NCBI GenBank assembly: GCA_044222475.1
Contig: JBGANF010000158.1
Coordinates: 1-16,646 of the forward strand
Source of the DNA: Polyangiaceae bacterium
GTDB taxonomy: Bacteria > Myxococcota_A > Polyangia > Polyangiales > Polyangiaceae
Direction of reading: 5' to 3'
Length of the DNA stretch: 16,646 nucleotides
In this document: positions 16,204-16,646 of the stretch, piece by piece
How positions within the stretch are numbered: position 1 is the first letter of the stretch
Layout: the number at the start of each line of letters is the position of its first letter
Notes under the pieces: model-generated
What the model saw: only the letters and a program-made list of their open reading frames with translations
Databases searched by the model: none
What the model was told of the DNA's origin: nothing
Program-made: the position numbers and the translations under genes

Positions 16204-16646
16204 GTGACGATCACCGATGCGGCCGACCCCCAAGAGACGCGCGCCCTCCGCGCGGCGCTCGTCCGCGAGCTCACCGAGGACGTGCGAGATGAGCGCGTGC
16301 TCGACGCGCTCCTCCGCGTTCCGCGACACCTGTTCGTTCCTTCGGCGTCGTACCACATGGCGTACGTCAACCACCCGCTGCCGATCGGCTACGAGCAGAC
16401 GATCTCGCAGCCGACGATCGTCGCGATCATGACCGAGGCGCTGAAGCTCCGCGGTCACGAGCGCGTGCTCGAGATCGGAACCGGCTCCGGCTATCAAGCC
16501 GCCGTCCTCTCGCTGCTCGCGCGCGAGGTCTACTCGATCGAGGTCGTGCCCGAGCTCGCAGAGGAATCGAAGGAGCGACTTCGGCGCCTCGGCTACGCGA
16601 ACGTGCACGTGCGCTCGGGCGACGGCTACGCCGGTTGGCCGGAGCA
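16204..16646 (+). CDS. pcm: Protein-L-isoaspartate O-methyltransferase (partial, runs off the right edge)
   Basis: Not in the ORF track. Manual translation gives [50 protein letters not shown] and GDGYAGWPE. Start GTG 16204 (or 16201), with TAGATT at 16192-16197. Confidence 0.95.
   Translation, partial: MTITDAADPQETRALRAALVRELTEDVRDERVLDALLRVPRHLFVPSASYHMAYVNHPLPIGYEQTISQPTIVAIMTEALKLRGHERVLEIGTGSGYQAAVLSLLAREVYSIEVVPELAEESKERLRRLGYANVHVRSGDGYAGWPE

Noticed and set aside
16051..16608. N-terminal extension of ORF 15571..16608
   Set aside because: Antisense to pcm and the intergenic region. The real start is ATG 16050, which has an RBS.

Overview
Very GC-rich, gene-dense bacterial chromosomal window, most likely Myxococcota (Polyangia-like). 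That taxonomy is inferred from the eukaryote-like Ser/Thr kinases, DAG-type linkers and codon bias. Left to right: the 5' end of a Ser/Thr kinase (-), a beta-propeller-like protein with an anomalous start (-), a membrane Ser/Thr kinase coupled to gpmI (-), then a + strand run (PaaI thioesterase, histone-H1-like KKAAP repeat protein, RNase HI with an extra N-terminal domain, exported Ca-loop protein, PECR-like SDR, TMTC-like GT-C glycosyltransferase). A 36-bp-arm inverted repeat follows, then an outer-membrane beta-barrel protein (-), an SDR-TetR-MlrC operon with two perfect palindromic operators (-), ybaK (-), an archaeal-type methionine adenosyltransferase (+), a YbhB/YbcL protein (-) and the 5' part of pcm (+). 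I see no rRNA, tRNA, CRISPR array, transposase or prophage. I cannot demonstrate a wholly new system. The best leads are the TetR dual-operator operon, the TMTC-like transferase, the H1-like/SUKH-like fusion beside an unusual RNase H, the archaeal-type MAT and the intergenic inverted-repeat element. All family calls come from recognising motifs by eye, not from database searches.
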